Positions 54,695-64,000 of a stretch of DNA of 64,000 nucleotides are shown in pieces. A program made the position numbers and the translations under genes. Location of the stretch: contig JBKQNE010000049.1 in assembly GCA_052146355.1 (NCBI GenBank), positions 20,031-84,030 of the forward strand, read 5' to 3'. This DNA is from Candidatus Binataceae bacterium (GTDB taxonomy: Bacteria; Desulfobacterota; Binatia; Binatales; Binataceae). The notes beneath the pieces were generated by a model, which was not told the origin of the DNA, did not search any database, and saw nothing but the letters and a program-made list of their open reading frames with translations. Within the stretch, counting starts at the first letter, position 1, and every line of letters begins with the position of its first letter.

Positions 54695-55750
54695 TCAGGG
54701 TCGCGCTTCGAGCACCAGATTGAACGGGGTGGCGGTCGCGCGCCGCAGGCGCGAGAACCCTCCGCTCAAAATCACTTCTCGTAGTCTCGTTTCACCCGCC
54801 TGAGTACCGAGAGCCAGACCGACTTCCTGCGACAATGATGCGGGCACGCAAATCTGCGTCGATGCCGAATAGAATATGCGGCCGATCGGATTGAGATTGT
54901 CGGCCATTCGATCGCCGGCAAAGGGCTCGACAATCATCCACGTGCCGCCCGATTTCAAAGTCGACTTGACGTGCGCGGCCACGCCGACGGGGTCGCCCAT
55001 GTCATGCAGGCAGTCGAAGAATGCAACCAGATCGTAGGAGCCGGTAAATTCTTTCGCCGACGCTCGCTGAAAGGTGACCCGGTCGGCGACGCCGCCTTCG
55101 CGCGCCAGCTCGCGGGCGCGGACGAGGGACGGTTCGTGGTAATCGAAGCCGGAAAATTGCGATTTCGGAAATGCCTGGGCCAACAGAATGGTCGATGCGC
55201 CATGACCGCATCCGACGTCTGCGACGTGCGCGCCGCGTTCGAGCTTTTCCTTGACGCCCTCCAATGCCGGGATCCATTCCGACACCAAATGCGCCGCGTA
55301 ACCCGGGCGGAAAAATCTCTCCGTGCCGCGGAACAGGCAGGGATCGTGCTCATGCCATCCAACCCCTCCGCCGGTACGGAACGCCACTTCGAGTTTTGGT
55401 AGATCGCGCGCGGCAGCGGCGGCAACTTCGAACATCGCGGGGAAAAATGCGGGTCCGTTCTCGTCGGCGAGTACCAGTGCCTGCTCGGGTGAAATCGAAA
55501 ATCGCTCCGTCGCAGGATCAAAATTGATATAGCCGGCCGCGGCCTGGGCGGCCGCCCACTCGCGCACGTAACGCTCCGCCGTGAGGGTGCGCGATGCGAG
55601 TTCCGCGGAAGTCAACGGCCCTGCCGCCGCGAGCGCCTTGTACAATCCAAACTTGTCGCCCAGGAGGACCAGCCCGATAGCCATCGCGGCGCCGACCTCG
55701 CCGAGCATCTTGCCGAGGAGTTGTTGAAGCTTCGCTTCGTCGACTGCCAT
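54695..55750 (-). CDS. class I SAM-dependent methyltransferase
   Basis: VADVGCGHGAST motif I plus post-I/II blocks. N-terminal helical (winged-helix-like) domain. ATG at 55750. Confidence 0.85.
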   Translation of the reverse strand: MAVDEAKLQQLLGKMLGEVGAAMAIGLVLLGDKFGLYKALAAAGPLTSAELASRTLTAERYVREWAAAQAAAGYINFDPATERFSISPEQALVLADENGPAFFPAMFEVAAAAARDLPKLEVAFRTGGGVGWHEHDPCLFRGTERFFRPGYAAHLVSEWIPALEGVKEKLERGAHVADVGCGHGASTILLAQAFPKSQFSGFDYHEPSLVRARELAREGGVADRVTFQRASAKEFTGSYDLVAFFDCLHDMGDPVGVAAHVKSTLKSGGTWMIVEPFAGDRMADNLNPIGRIFYSASTQICVPASLSQEVGLALGTQAGETRLREVILSGGFSRLRRATATPFNLVLEARP

Positions 55751-55845
55751 CGCTGTGCCTCTCTTAGCTTTTTCCTGACGGAGATTCCGTTCAGTCTGCT
55801 CTTTCAACAACCTTTACTACACTTTTTCAGACTTCAACGTGAAGC

Positions 55846-56122
55846 GCGGGAGCCAGCATGCTGGCTCCCTGCCGGTCATTCTCGCGCGTGGCTGCCGCAA
55901 GAAAGCCTGTCCTGAGGAGCGTAGGGCGACGAACGGAAATCCCGCTCCGTTGGCCTGCCGGATTCGGGATTCCTCGCACGCGCCAGGCGCGAAGCGCACG
56001 GCGTAGCCGCGCGCGGGAATGACAAATGATGCTGCACGACGTCTGCCCCTCGCCCGCCTGGTGGCGAGCGACGGGGATATGATTTCGAGCATTCAAAAGC
56101 GCACAGGCTGGAAGCCTGTGTC
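55846..56122. repeat. cluster of REP-like palindromes (three families)
   Basis: Three elements: gggagccagcatgctggctccc; gggattcctcgc...gcgcgggaatgac; and cacaggctggaagcctgtg. Related units recur at 58689..58768, 61236..61350, 13703..13745, 37236..37275 and 52951..52985. Confidence 0.6.
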
Positions 56123-56131
56123 ACCGAAGGC

Positions 56132-57391
56132 TCACGGGTCGCCGCCCACGCAGGCTCCTATCCGTCGATCGAAAAATCGGCGCTCCATCGGGTTGCGCGC
56201 CCGCGCCAGCGCTGCGCAGAAGTGCCGGCGCGCGATCTCGCGCCTCCCGCAGCGAAGCTCGAGCTCGCCAAGCGCGGCCGAGTAGAAAGGATATGCGGCG
56301 AGACGATCACTGTCGGCGATCGAGCCGATCTCTTCGAGCCCACGCTCGGGCCCCTGGTCCTGTGCGATCGCGATGGCGCGGTTGAGCGCGACAACCGGGG
56401 ACGGACGCACCGTCATCAGGGTGTCGTACAGCGACACGATGGCGGCCCAATCGGTGTCGTCGGCGCGGCGAGCTTGCGCATGTATCGAAGCGATCGCCGC
56501 CTCGACGTGATACTCCGTGAGTTCCGAGCCTGCGGCCGAACGCTCCAACAGCATCAGTCCCTCGGCCACGAGCTGTTGATCCCAAAGCGATCGATCCTGG
56601 TCGAACAGCGAACTCAAATCTCCGGACGCATCGACCCGCGCCGGCAACCGCGCCGCGCTCAGACACATCAAGGCGCCGAGAGCGTATGTCGCCGGCGTCG
56701 ACCCGAGCCGATGCTCCAGCAGCATCGCCGTGAGGCGCATCGCCTCCTGACAAAGTTCAGCGCGGACCGCCTTCTCGGCGCAGGCGCCGTGGTAGCCCTC
56801 ATTGAACAGCAGATAGAGGGCGCGGCGGACGACCGGAAGACGGGCGGAGAACTCGGGGCCGGCGGCGACGTCGAACAGTCTTTTCGATGCCGCGAGCACC
56901 TTCTTCGCGCGCGTTATCCGCTTGCCGATCGCGGTCTGAGTGCTGACGAACGCGCCTGCCACTTCGCCCACGCTGAATCCGCATAGGATATTGAGAATGA
57001 GCGCGACCTGCGCTGCCTCGGACACGCGAGGATGGCAGCAGGAGAACATCATCCGCAGCATGTCGTCCTTGATCGCACCAGGTGCAAACTGTTCTTCAAT
57101 CGCGGGAGCAAGTGTCCACTCGCTCTCGAGCAGCCGTCCCAGATCAGGGGCGAAAGTCCGCGCGGTGCGCTCACGCCGCAGGACGTCGAGCGCCCGGTTC
57201 TTCGCCGCGGCCATCAGCCAGGCTGACGGATTGTCCGGCACGCCGCGGAATTTCCACACCTCGACCGCGGTGCAGAACGCGTCCTGCACCGCGTCCTCCG
57301 CCAAGGCGAGGTTGTGGACCCCGAAAATTCGCGTCAGCACGGAGACCATACGTCCCGCCTCGCGCCGAAAGAGGTGATCGTTGGAGTCCAT
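56132..57391 (-). CDS. ECF-type sigma-70 family sigma factor with long C-terminal (TPR-like/DUF6596-type) extension
   Basis: Region 2 (AEDAVQDAFCTAVEVW...NPSAWLMAAAKNRALDVLRRE) and region 4 HTH (GFSVGEVAGAFVSTQTAIGKRITRAKK). 419 aa. Immediately follows the YciI gene. Confidence 0.8.
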   Translation of the reverse strand: MDSNDHLFRREAGRMVSVLTRIFGVHNLALAEDAVQDAFCTAVEVWKFRGVPDNPSAWLMAAAKNRALDVLRRERTARTFAPDLGRLLESEWTLAPAIEEQFAPGAIKDDMLRMMFSCCHPRVSEAAQVALILNILCGFSVGEVAGAFVSTQTAIGKRITRAKKVLAASKRLFDVAAGPEFSARLPVVRRALYLLFNEGYHGACAEKAVRAELCQEAMRLTAMLLEHRLGSTPATYALGALMCLSAARLPARVDASGDLSSLFDQDRSLWDQQLVAEGLMLLERSAAGSELTEYHVEAAIASIHAQARRADDTDWAAIVSLYDTLMTVRPSPVVALNRAIAIAQDQGPERGLEEIGSIADSDRLAAYPFYSAALGELELRCGRREIARRHFCAALARARNPMERRFFDRRIGACVGGDP

Positions 57392-57742
57392 TTACATCTT
57401 CATTACCCGGACCGGCCGCACCTCCACGAACCCGCCGATATCGAAGATCGGACAGCCCTTGGCGATTTCCACCGCATGCGCAAGATCCTCGGCCTCAATC
57501 AGAGTGTAGCCGTTGACGATGTCCTTGGCCTCGGCATAGGGGCCGTCGATAACGCTCTTTTGCTTACCTTTGACAACCTTGCCGGTGTGCTCAAGCGGAT
57601 GTCCGGTCTCCTTGATGTGGCCCTTTTCACCGAGCTGCTTGAACCAAGCGAGCCAGTTCTGCGCGTATTGCTGCATTTGTTCGGGGGACGCAGAGGTGTC
57701 TCTGCCGCGAAACAGAAATGCAAATTCACTCGTCGTGTTCAC
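57392..57742 (-). CDS. YciI/DGPF-family protein
   Basis: 116 aa with the pattern GPYAEAKDIVNGYTLIEAEDLAHAVEIAKGCP. Its stop abuts the sigma-factor ATG. Confidence 0.8.
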   Translation of the reverse strand: MNTTSEFAFLFRGRDTSASPEQMQQYAQNWLAWFKQLGEKGHIKETGHPLEHTGKVVKGKQKSVIDGPYAEAKDIVNGYTLIEAEDLAHAVEIAKGCPIFDIGGFVEVRPVRVMKM

Positions 57743-57837
57743 TCCTTGGATTGGATTCTATGATCTTAGACGTTCCCAAGGCGCTGCGGCGGACATCGAT
57801 TTCAACGCCTGCCTGCCGGACAGCTCATCGGCGACGC

Positions 57838-58521
57838 TCATGTGATGGCGCGCTTTTCCGCTGCGCTTTTCCGAATTGCCGCTATCACTTCGGTAGTGTG
57901 CGGCGGCGGAAACGACGCCCGGTAGCTCGGCCGCGCGGAGTGAAGCGCAAAATAGTCAGAGAGGTTCCTGGCTGACTGAACCATTGCGGCACCCTCGGGG
58001 AAGCGCTGGACGAAGTAGAGGACGGGCAGCAGGTTGATGTCGGCCAGGGTGAAGTTGTTGCCCGCCAGATAGCCTGTCCTGGCCACCGCCCTGTCCAGTA
58101 CCTCGATCTGCGTCCGCATCGCCGGTAGCACGGCGTCGATCGCCCCGCGGTCTGGCTGACCGTCAGCGCCCTTCGGAATCAGGTGGGTTAAGACATAGGT
58201 CCGGATGAGACAAGGGTCGATCGTGGTGTTGACGAGCGAAACCCACTGCTCGACCTCGGCGGCCTCGCGCGTATCTTCCGGGATCAGCTTTGGGCCGGGG
58301 AAAGTCTTGTCGATGTAGGTGGCGATAGCCTTCGATTCGCACAGCGCGATGTCTCCATGGCGCATCACGGGAATCTTGCCGAAGGGGTGGATGGCGCAGA
58401 CCTCGGGGCTGTGCAGCCCGGCGGGAACGAGGTCGTAAGGAACGCGCTTCTCCTCGCAGACCATGCGCACGACCCAAACGTAGCTTGAAAAAGGCGCCCC
58501 AATAATCTGGATCCTGGTCAT
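57838..58521 (-). CDS. glutathione S-transferase
   Basis: The N-terminal thioredoxin-like domain carries the HPFGKIPVMRHGDIALCESKAI pattern, followed by a helical C-domain. ATG at 58521. The longer ORF N-terminus lies in REP sequence. Confidence 0.85.
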   Translation of the reverse strand: MTRIQIIGAPFSSYVWVVRMVCEEKRVPYDLVPAGLHSPEVCAIHPFGKIPVMRHGDIALCESKAIATYIDKTFPGPKLIPEDTREAAEVEQWVSLVNTTIDPCLIRTYVLTHLIPKGADGQPDRGAIDAVLPAMRTQIEVLDRAVARTGYLAGNNFTLADINLLPVLYFVQRFPEGAAMVQSARNLSDYFALHSARPSYRASFPPPHTTEVIAAIRKSAAEKRAIT

Positions 58522-58688
58522 CGCTGTCCCTCCTGTTGTGCTGCGTCCCAGTCTTGTTTGAGCCCTGCGGCCCGGTTTCGCGTCATCGTCTTCAAGACGT
58601 TTGAACGCGGCTGCAACGGACAACTTTTTTTTCGGGCACGCGGCAGGGCAGCCGGCGGTCGGATGACACCAGGACGGATCAAGACTTT

Positions 58689-58768
58689 CCGTCATCCCGA
58701 CCGAAGCGCAGGGATGACGGAAAGAAACGGGATTCCTCGCGCGGCGGCCACGCGCGGGAATGACAAAG
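58689..58768. repeat. REP-like palindromes
   Basis: ccgtcatcccgaccgaagcgcagggatgacgg followed by gggattcctcgcgcggcggccacgcgcgggaatgac. Confidence 0.6.
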
Positions 58769-58822
58769 TTCGTGATCGGCGAGGTTTCCACGCGGCGATG
58801 GTCCGGCTAAGATTCGGGCGCT

Positions 58823-59560
58823 ATGTCGAAAGTCGCATTGGTTACAGGGGCCGGCCGCGGAATCGGCCGTGATATCGCACAACGGCTCGCGCACGAAGGC
58901 TATGCGGTAGGGCTTATCGCGCGGACGAAGTCGCAACTCGAGGAGACCGCCGACATCATCCAGAAGGCGGGCGGCAAGGCTCTCGTCACTCCGACCGACG
59001 TGTCCAAGCGCGATCAGGTGCTGGCGGCGGTGGAAGCGGTCGAGCGCGATCTCGGGCCGATCTCCGTGCTGATCAACAACGCCGGCGCATATCTGCGCAA
59101 GCCGGTCCTCGAAATTACCGAAGAGGATTTCGATTTTCAGCTCAAGGTGAACACCTACGGCCCGTTCTTCTGCACGCAGGCCGTCGTCGGCAAAATGGCC
59201 GAGCGTGGCGGCGGCACCGTGATTTTCGTGCTGGGCTCCGAAACCCGCGGCGGACCTGCGCAATATTCCGCGTACACCGCATCCAAGGTGGCGCAACGCG
59301 CGATCGCCGAATCGGTCGCGTACGAATTCATGCATCGCGGCGTTCACGCGGCGACGCTCGACGTGGATGGCGCCGTGGACAGCCCGCGCGTGCGCGAAGC
59401 GATGCCGGATGAAGACCCGTCGCACTTCGTCTCGCCCGAGGCGATTTGGAGCGAGATCGTCCATCTCATCAATCAGCCCAAGAGTTCATGGACCTTCGCC
59501 GTCGATCTGCGCTCATACGTGCAATGGCGCCCACGCGTCGCAGCAAAGAAAAAGGCCTGA
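58823..59560 (+). CDS. SDR family oxidoreductase
   Basis: TGAGRGIGRD, NNAG and YTASK motifs. 245 aa. Confidence 0.9.
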   Translation: MSKVALVTGAGRGIGRDIAQRLAHEGYAVGLIARTKSQLEETADIIQKAGGKALVTPTDVSKRDQVLAAVEAVERDLGPISVLINNAGAYLRKPVLEITEEDFDFQLKVNTYGPFFCTQAVVGKMAERGGGTVIFVLGSETRGGPAQYSAYTASKVAQRAIAESVAYEFMHRGVHAATLDVDGAVDSPRVREAMPDEDPSHFVSPEAIWSEIVHLINQPKSSWTFAVDLRSYVQWRPRVAAKKKA

Positions 59561-59597
59561 GCGGAAATCCACAGATTTCGCAGATTTGCGCAGATTG

Positions 59598-59686
59598 CAG
59601 CACCCTCACCCGCGCGTCACGGCTCTTGAAAAAAGACTCAAGAGCCGCGCCGCTTGCCCTCTCCCGCAAAGAAGCGGGCGAGGGGC
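59598..59686. repeat. REP-like palindromic element, family A (copy 2, inverted relative to 8513..8603)
   Basis: gcagcaccctcacccgcgcgtcacggctcttg-aaaaaaga-ctcaagagccgcgccgcttgccctctcccgc...gcgggcgagggg, flanked by aatctgcg-type short repeats. Confidence 0.6.
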
Positions 59687-59902
59687 TTTTCTGAATCTGC
59701 TGCGAATCCATGAAATCTGCGTAATCTGCGGATTCTTCTGCTCCTGTCTTCTCTCCGGCCGTAGTCTGACGCGCGAAATTCTGGAATCCTTGCATTGCGG
59801 GCGGGGTGCGATCCCTGAAGTTGCATAGGCACGTCTTCCGCGCGCTCAGGGCATCCATCTCCCGGCAGGTTTCGCCATCTCATATTGGAGGCGCACAGCT
59901 AG

Positions 59903-61180
<1,278 letters not shown>

Positions 61181-61235
61181 CTTGTGCGGCACAGCCACTT
61201 AATAAGTAAGAATAGCTGTCCCGTCTGCTTCTGAT

Positions 61236-61350
61236 GTGGCACGGGCTTCCAGCCTGTGTTCTGCGACTCCGAGTAGTAGCGGGCGTCCCGCCCGCCCCTG
61301 CTCAATACGCAAGGGTGTCATTCCGAAACTTTATTGAGGAATCCCGGATC
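61236..61350. repeat. tandem REP-like palindromes upstream of tRNA-Pro
   Basis: Three consecutive units: cacgggcttccagcctgtg; gcgggcgtcccgcccgc; and gtcattccgaaactttattgaggaatccc. Confidence 0.55.
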
Positions 61351-61525
61351 AGCGTTCGTTCGCTTGACCACTCAGTCACGCAAAAGCCACCAAACGGTGC
61401 TCAGCGAGCAGCGTGATCAAAGTCCGCGAAAGCCGGAGCCCCCGCTATAGTTTCGGCCCGACGATAATTATAATCTGCGTTTCCGCCGCGAATTTTCCCG
61501 CCCTCGGCGGGGAAAGCCGCACGGT

Positions 61526-61602
61526 CGGGGTGTAGCGCAGCCTGGTAGCGCACACGCTTGGGGTGCGTGTGGTCGCCGGTTCAAATCCGGCCACCCCGAC
61601 CA
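61526..61602 (+). tRNA. tRNA-Pro (anticodon GGG)
   Basis: Hand-folded cloverleaf: acceptor CGGGGTG/CACCCCG, D stem GCGC/GCGC, anticodon stem CACGC/GCGTG with loop TTGGGGT, T arm GCCGG-TTCAAAT-CCGGC, encoded CCA. 77 nt. Confidence 0.9.
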
Positions 61603-61660
61603 ATCGAAAATCCGATATTTCCAACCGGACCTGCAAATCGAATAGACGCGGTTCGCGCTT

Positions 61661-61687
61661 CCATAACCGAAGGTTATGGTTTGTTTT
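61661..61687 (+). terminator. intrinsic terminator after tRNA-Pro
   Basis: ccataacc-gaa-ggttatgg followed by tttgtttt. Confidence 0.5.
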
Positions 61688-61745
61688 CAGGCGGCCCCGC
61701 AGCAATCCTCCGGAAGTTAGGAGCTTCTAGCCTGCGACGGCTGAC

Positions 61746-62699
61746 TTAGAGCCCGCGCGGGCGCAATCTACGCACGTTGCCGTGTGATTCACTCTCGCCC
61801 GCGTCGTCGCCGGTCGCACCGATTCGGATCGATCTGAGGAGCGACCGCAGCGGTCCTGAGATGGCGCGCTGCTTGTTGCGCGCGGTTTGAATTGTCCAGG
61901 TGACGGGCGGCTCGAGTGGAACGGTTGCGACCATCCGGCCGTCGATCTGATTGGCGACTTCACTGTCGATGAAGCCGATGCCTGCTCCGGTACCGACCAT
62001 CGCGGCGACCGCCTTCTGGGTTGCGGCTTCGCACGAAACCATCGGCTTGCGCGCGGCTTCGAAGAAGCGCAGGTCCACGATCGATCTCAACGGGTGTGGC
62101 ACGTTGTTAAGAATTATTCTCTCATCGACCAAATCCTCGATGCGCAGGCTCGGTTTCAACGCCAGCGAATGATCGACGGGGAGCGCGACCAGCATCCTGC
62201 GGGTTCCGATCGCCACCGTATCGATATTCGGATGCCCGCTTACGGGACCAAACAGGAATCCGAGATCGGCGAGTTCCAGTTCCAGCGCGCGCACCACGCC
62301 CTCCTGAAGGTCCAGCGAAACCTGCAGGCGAACCTCGGGGTTAGTCCTGACGAATTCACCCAGCAGGCGGCCGATCGATCCCTCCGCGAGCGCCGGGATT
62401 GATGCGATGCGCAGGTCGCCGCGCTTGCCGCTTTGAATCGATTGGACCGTCGCCGCGATCCGTTCCATCCCCACGTAGCTGCGCAGCACTTCTTCGTACA
62501 GCAGCTTGCCGTCGGGCGTCAGGGTCATTCCGTGGGAGCCGCGGCGGAAAAGATTCAAGCCGCACTTCTGCTCAAAGTCGGCTATCGCCCGCGTTACCGC
62601 AGGCTGCGTGATATCGAGGTTTTGCGCGGCGGCGGTAGCGGAACCCGCCTCTGCAACCGCGCGGAAAATCTCAACCGCCCGAACGTCAAAAGCTTCCAT
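61746..62699 (-). CDS. LysR family transcriptional regulator
   Basis: N-terminal HTH (FRAVAEAGSATAAAQNLDITQPAVTRAIADFE) and LysR substrate-binding domain. 317 aa. Divergent from the sulfatase gene. Confidence 0.9.
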   Translation of the reverse strand: MEAFDVRAVEIFRAVAEAGSATAAAQNLDITQPAVTRAIADFEQKCGLNLFRRGSHGMTLTPDGKLLYEEVLRSYVGMERIAATVQSIQSGKRGDLRIASIPALAEGSIGRLLGEFVRTNPEVRLQVSLDLQEGVVRALELELADLGFLFGPVSGHPNIDTVAIGTRRMLVALPVDHSLALKPSLRIEDLVDERIILNNVPHPLRSIVDLRFFEAARKPMVSCEAATQKAVAAMVGTGAGIGFIDSEVANQIDGRMVATVPLEPPVTWTIQTARNKQRAISGPLRSLLRSIRIGATGDDAGESESHGNVRRLRPRGL

Positions 62700-62835
62700 G
62701 CGTAGTGGTTATAGCGACCGTATCCTGCATCATACCCGTAGCAGCAATCGATAATGCAGAATACCTCGACAGCGGGTTTTCACTGAACGCCGGATGGCCG
62801 GCGGTGAATTGGCCAAACCCTACGAGACGGATTTT

Positions 62836-64000
62836 ATGAAGGCGGTGAATTTGAGTAAGCGATTGTTGATGGTGTTCGGGAACGGGGGGCGGGAGCTGCT
62901 TGCCGCTGCCTGTCTTATAGTGCTGCTGCTGGTGTCGGCCTGTGGCGGCGGCGGAGGGGGAGGGTCGGGTTCGACGGCCCCGGCAAACACCCCCAATATC
63001 GTGATGATCCTGATGGACGACATCGGGATCGACCAATGGACGCTGTTTGGTTACGGCGGGCAGACGCCGCCGGCGCTGCCGACTATCGGGACGATCGCGC
63101 AGGGCGGGGTCCGATTCCACAATCTCTGGTCGATGCCGGCGTGCTCGAATGGACGCGCGGCCGTATTCACGGGACGCTATCCGTTTCGCACCCACGTTCT
63201 CACCGCGCTGGGTGAAAACGATCTCGCGAACTACATGGTGAACCCCAATGAGTTCACGATGCCGCTACTGCTCCATCAACGCGGCTACAAGAGTGCGCTG
63301 TTCGGCAAGTTCCATATCGGCGTCCAGAGCCACGATCCATACGGCCTCGGCATGGTCCATGCCCTGGGGTTCGACTACTTCGATGGATGGCTCGATGAAA
63401 CCGGCGATCCTTCCTCGATCGACAGCACCGCCGGAGGCGTAGCGCCGCTCGGCACCTGGTCATGCGGTTTCGTTCGTGATGCCGCCCACGGCGGTGCCGA
63501 TTCCGGCGCCTGCTATGCGGGCAACAATACCTGCCAGGTCGTGAGCAAGTCCGGAGCGGAGGCGCCGGGCCGGGTCTGCCGCGATGCCGGCGGCATCTTC
63601 GATCCCAATCAGCCGTGCCAGAGCCCGGTCCCGTCCTATATCAACTTCGGCATGCTTAGCGGGCACTATGTCTCGCCGCTGGACATCAATGAGCAAGATG
63701 GGACCGTTCAGGAAATTCCGTCCACGGACCTCCGCGCGCGGACCTTTCGCGGCATCGAACCCGTCGATGCGGCGGTAGCGTGGATTAAAAGCCAGCCCGC
63801 CAAACAACCGTGGATGGTGACGTTGAGCTTTGCGACGGTCCACACACCCGTCATCCAGCCGCCAAGTCAGTTGCTGCCGGCATCGGACCCCGACTCCAGC
63901 AATCTTGATTGCGCCGACCCGAACGACCAGAGAGTTATCTCGAATGACATGGAAGAAGCGCTCGACTTCGAGGTTGGACAGTTCCTGGTTGAGATCGGCC
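62836..64000 (+). CDS. sulfatase/alkaline-phosphatase superfamily lipoprotein (3' end beyond window)
   Basis: Hand-translated open frame: MKAVNLSKRLL...LLLVSAC lipobox, NIVMILMDDIG metal site, ACSNGRAAVFTGRYP active-site block, GKFH, TVHTP. No stop before the window end. Confidence 0.8.
   Translation, partial: MKAVNLSKRLLMVFGNGGRELLAAACLIVLLLVSACGGGGGGGSGSTAPANTPNIVMILMDDIGIDQWTLFGYGGQTPPALPTIGTIAQGGVRFHNLWSMPACSNGRAAVFTGRYPFRTHVLTALGENDLANYMVNPNEFTMPLLLHQRGYKSALFGKFHIGVQSHDPYGLGMVHALGFDYFDGWLDETGDPSSIDSTAGGVAPLGTWSCGFVRDAAHGGADSGACYAGNNTCQVVSKSGAEAPGRVCRDAGGIFDPNQPCQSPVPSYINFGMLSGHYVSPLDINEQDGTVQEIPSTDLRARTFRGIEPVDAAVAWIKSQPAKQPWMVTLSFATVHTPVIQPPSQLLPASDPDSSNLDCADPNDQRVISNDMEEALDFEVGQFLVEIG

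Noticed and set aside
61526-64000. A genomic island integrated at tRNA-Pro.
   Set aside because: I found no integrase gene, no direct repeat of the tRNA 3' end, and no obvious compositional break downstream within the window.

Overview
Visibly GC-rich bacterial chromosomal segment with about 60 protein genes and one tRNA-Pro(GGG). I saw no rRNA, transposase, integrase, phage genes or CRISPR array. The lineage cannot be fixed from this window. All functional calls rest on motif recognition by eye and on gene context, because no database search was possible. Hand-counted coordinates of small elements may be off by 1-2 nt.

**Hopanoid supercluster (about 20.0-34.4 kb, all minus strand).** The order is tetR - hpnH - ispA - Zn-ADH - shc - dxr - hpnC - hpnD - hpnE - hpnA - DUF422 membrane protein - small ORF - two NTF2-like genes - SDR. 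Several start/stop overlaps link neighbouring genes. hpnG and hpnK lie just beyond the distal end (18.3-20.1 kb).

**Two divergent operons I cannot place in a known pathway (37.3-45.0 kb).**
- Minus strand: HAD / sugar-phosphate-type nucleotidyltransferase / ATP-grasp / class-III aminotransferase / GmhB-like HAD.
- Plus strand: MlaC(HpnM)-like lipid-binding protein / degenerate-NTase::CDP-alcohol phosphotransferase fusion / B12-binding radical SAM enzyme.
- I consider this 7.7-kb block the best candidate for an undescribed system, possibly a polar-lipid or head-group pathway.

**Most unusual single gene.** A TlpA/ResA-like thioredoxin-fold gene (9737..10903) carries one in-frame TGA exactly at the redox-Cys position (WASW-TGA-GC). 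A hairpin lies about 13 nt downstream. It is a candidate selenoprotein that ORF callers split in two.

**Other content.**
- An AgpS-like FAD oxidase, an HLD-II haloalkane dehalogenase and a second B12-radical SAM enzyme (possible hopanoid methylase type).
- An unlisted 56-codon HicB-like ORF.
- pepN, panBC, coaX and a PFK with PPi-type signatures.
- A YciI plus sigma-factor pair and a sulfatase with a non-canonical CSNGR active-site motif.
- Intergenic regions dense with several REP-like palindrome families, including a perfect 38-nt inverted-repeat pair.
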